From Craspedostauros australis (Eukaryota): DNA of 40,647 nt. Both the position numbers and the translations under genes were made by a program. The first letter of the stretch is position 1. Every line of letters starts with the position of its first letter. Shown piece by piece: positions 40,187 through 40,647 of this stretch. The notes below the pieces were generated by a model. That model was not told the DNA's origin, searched no databases, and saw only the letters and a program-made list of their open reading frames with translations. Location of the stretch: NCBI GenBank assembly GCA_030167865.1, contig JALAGF010001235.1:1-40647 (forward strand), given 5' to 3'.

Positions 40187-40647
40187 GAAGCACTTGCTGT
40201 ATAGTCGCATGACTAGTACGACCAATCGTTTCTTGTTTGCGAATTTTGTAGACTCAATTGTAGTCTAGAGAGACACACTTCTTGGGGGCCATCTTCCAAT
40301 CCGAAACTGGCGACAGGCATGAGAGATAGAGCGCCTTGGTGATTGGACATGGCGGCAATCCGTACGACTCCTTGTGTTCTCTCTCTGGAGTGCAGGCGAG
40401 ATAGAAAGGGCAAGAGCAAGATAGTTGCGGGTACGAGTCGAGCACGGCATACCGTCGTGATTGTGGTCCAAAGGTGCGAATCATTGACGTTGCCGAACTT
40501 CAACAGTCGATGCACAAGAGCACCATGGCAAGGGAAAAGGACAGCAACCCATCAGACAACACCCTGGCATTCTCTGCCCTCTTGATGTGGTTGGCGCCGC
40601 ATCGTTCATGGAGAAGGATGGTATGATTGCGGCTGAGCAATGGTACC

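Overview
Eukaryotic nuclear DNA, most likely from a diatom. The evidence is GT-AG spliceosomal introns, a bipartite plastid-targeting presequence, two DUF6824-type genes and diatom-type retrotransposons. Bases 1-8350 (+) are an apparently intact two-ORF non-LTR retrotransposon (ORF2 = APE endonuclease-RT-RNase H-zinc finger, Ambal-like). Its (TTAT)3 tail abuts and truncates a minus-strand Ty1/copia (CoDi-like) gag-protease-integrase ORF (8351-~14016), consistent with a nested insertion. The host genes that follow are a two-exon G-protein beta subunit, a DUF6824 protein, a three-exon gene that appears to fuse a UxaB/UxuB-like uronate oxidoreductase to a Bh0493-type uronate isomerase, a low-complexity hypothetical protein, a CRAL-TRIO-like+DUF6824 protein and a two-exon plastid-targeted FKBP. 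The most interesting items are the spliced hexuronate reductase-isomerase fusion, the AUG-less overlapping ORF2 of the LINE, the LINE-in-copia nesting and a dispersed TACTYGTA octamer seen only in host non-coding DNA. All family calls come from motif recognition by eye; no searches were run, and exon structures are predictions.
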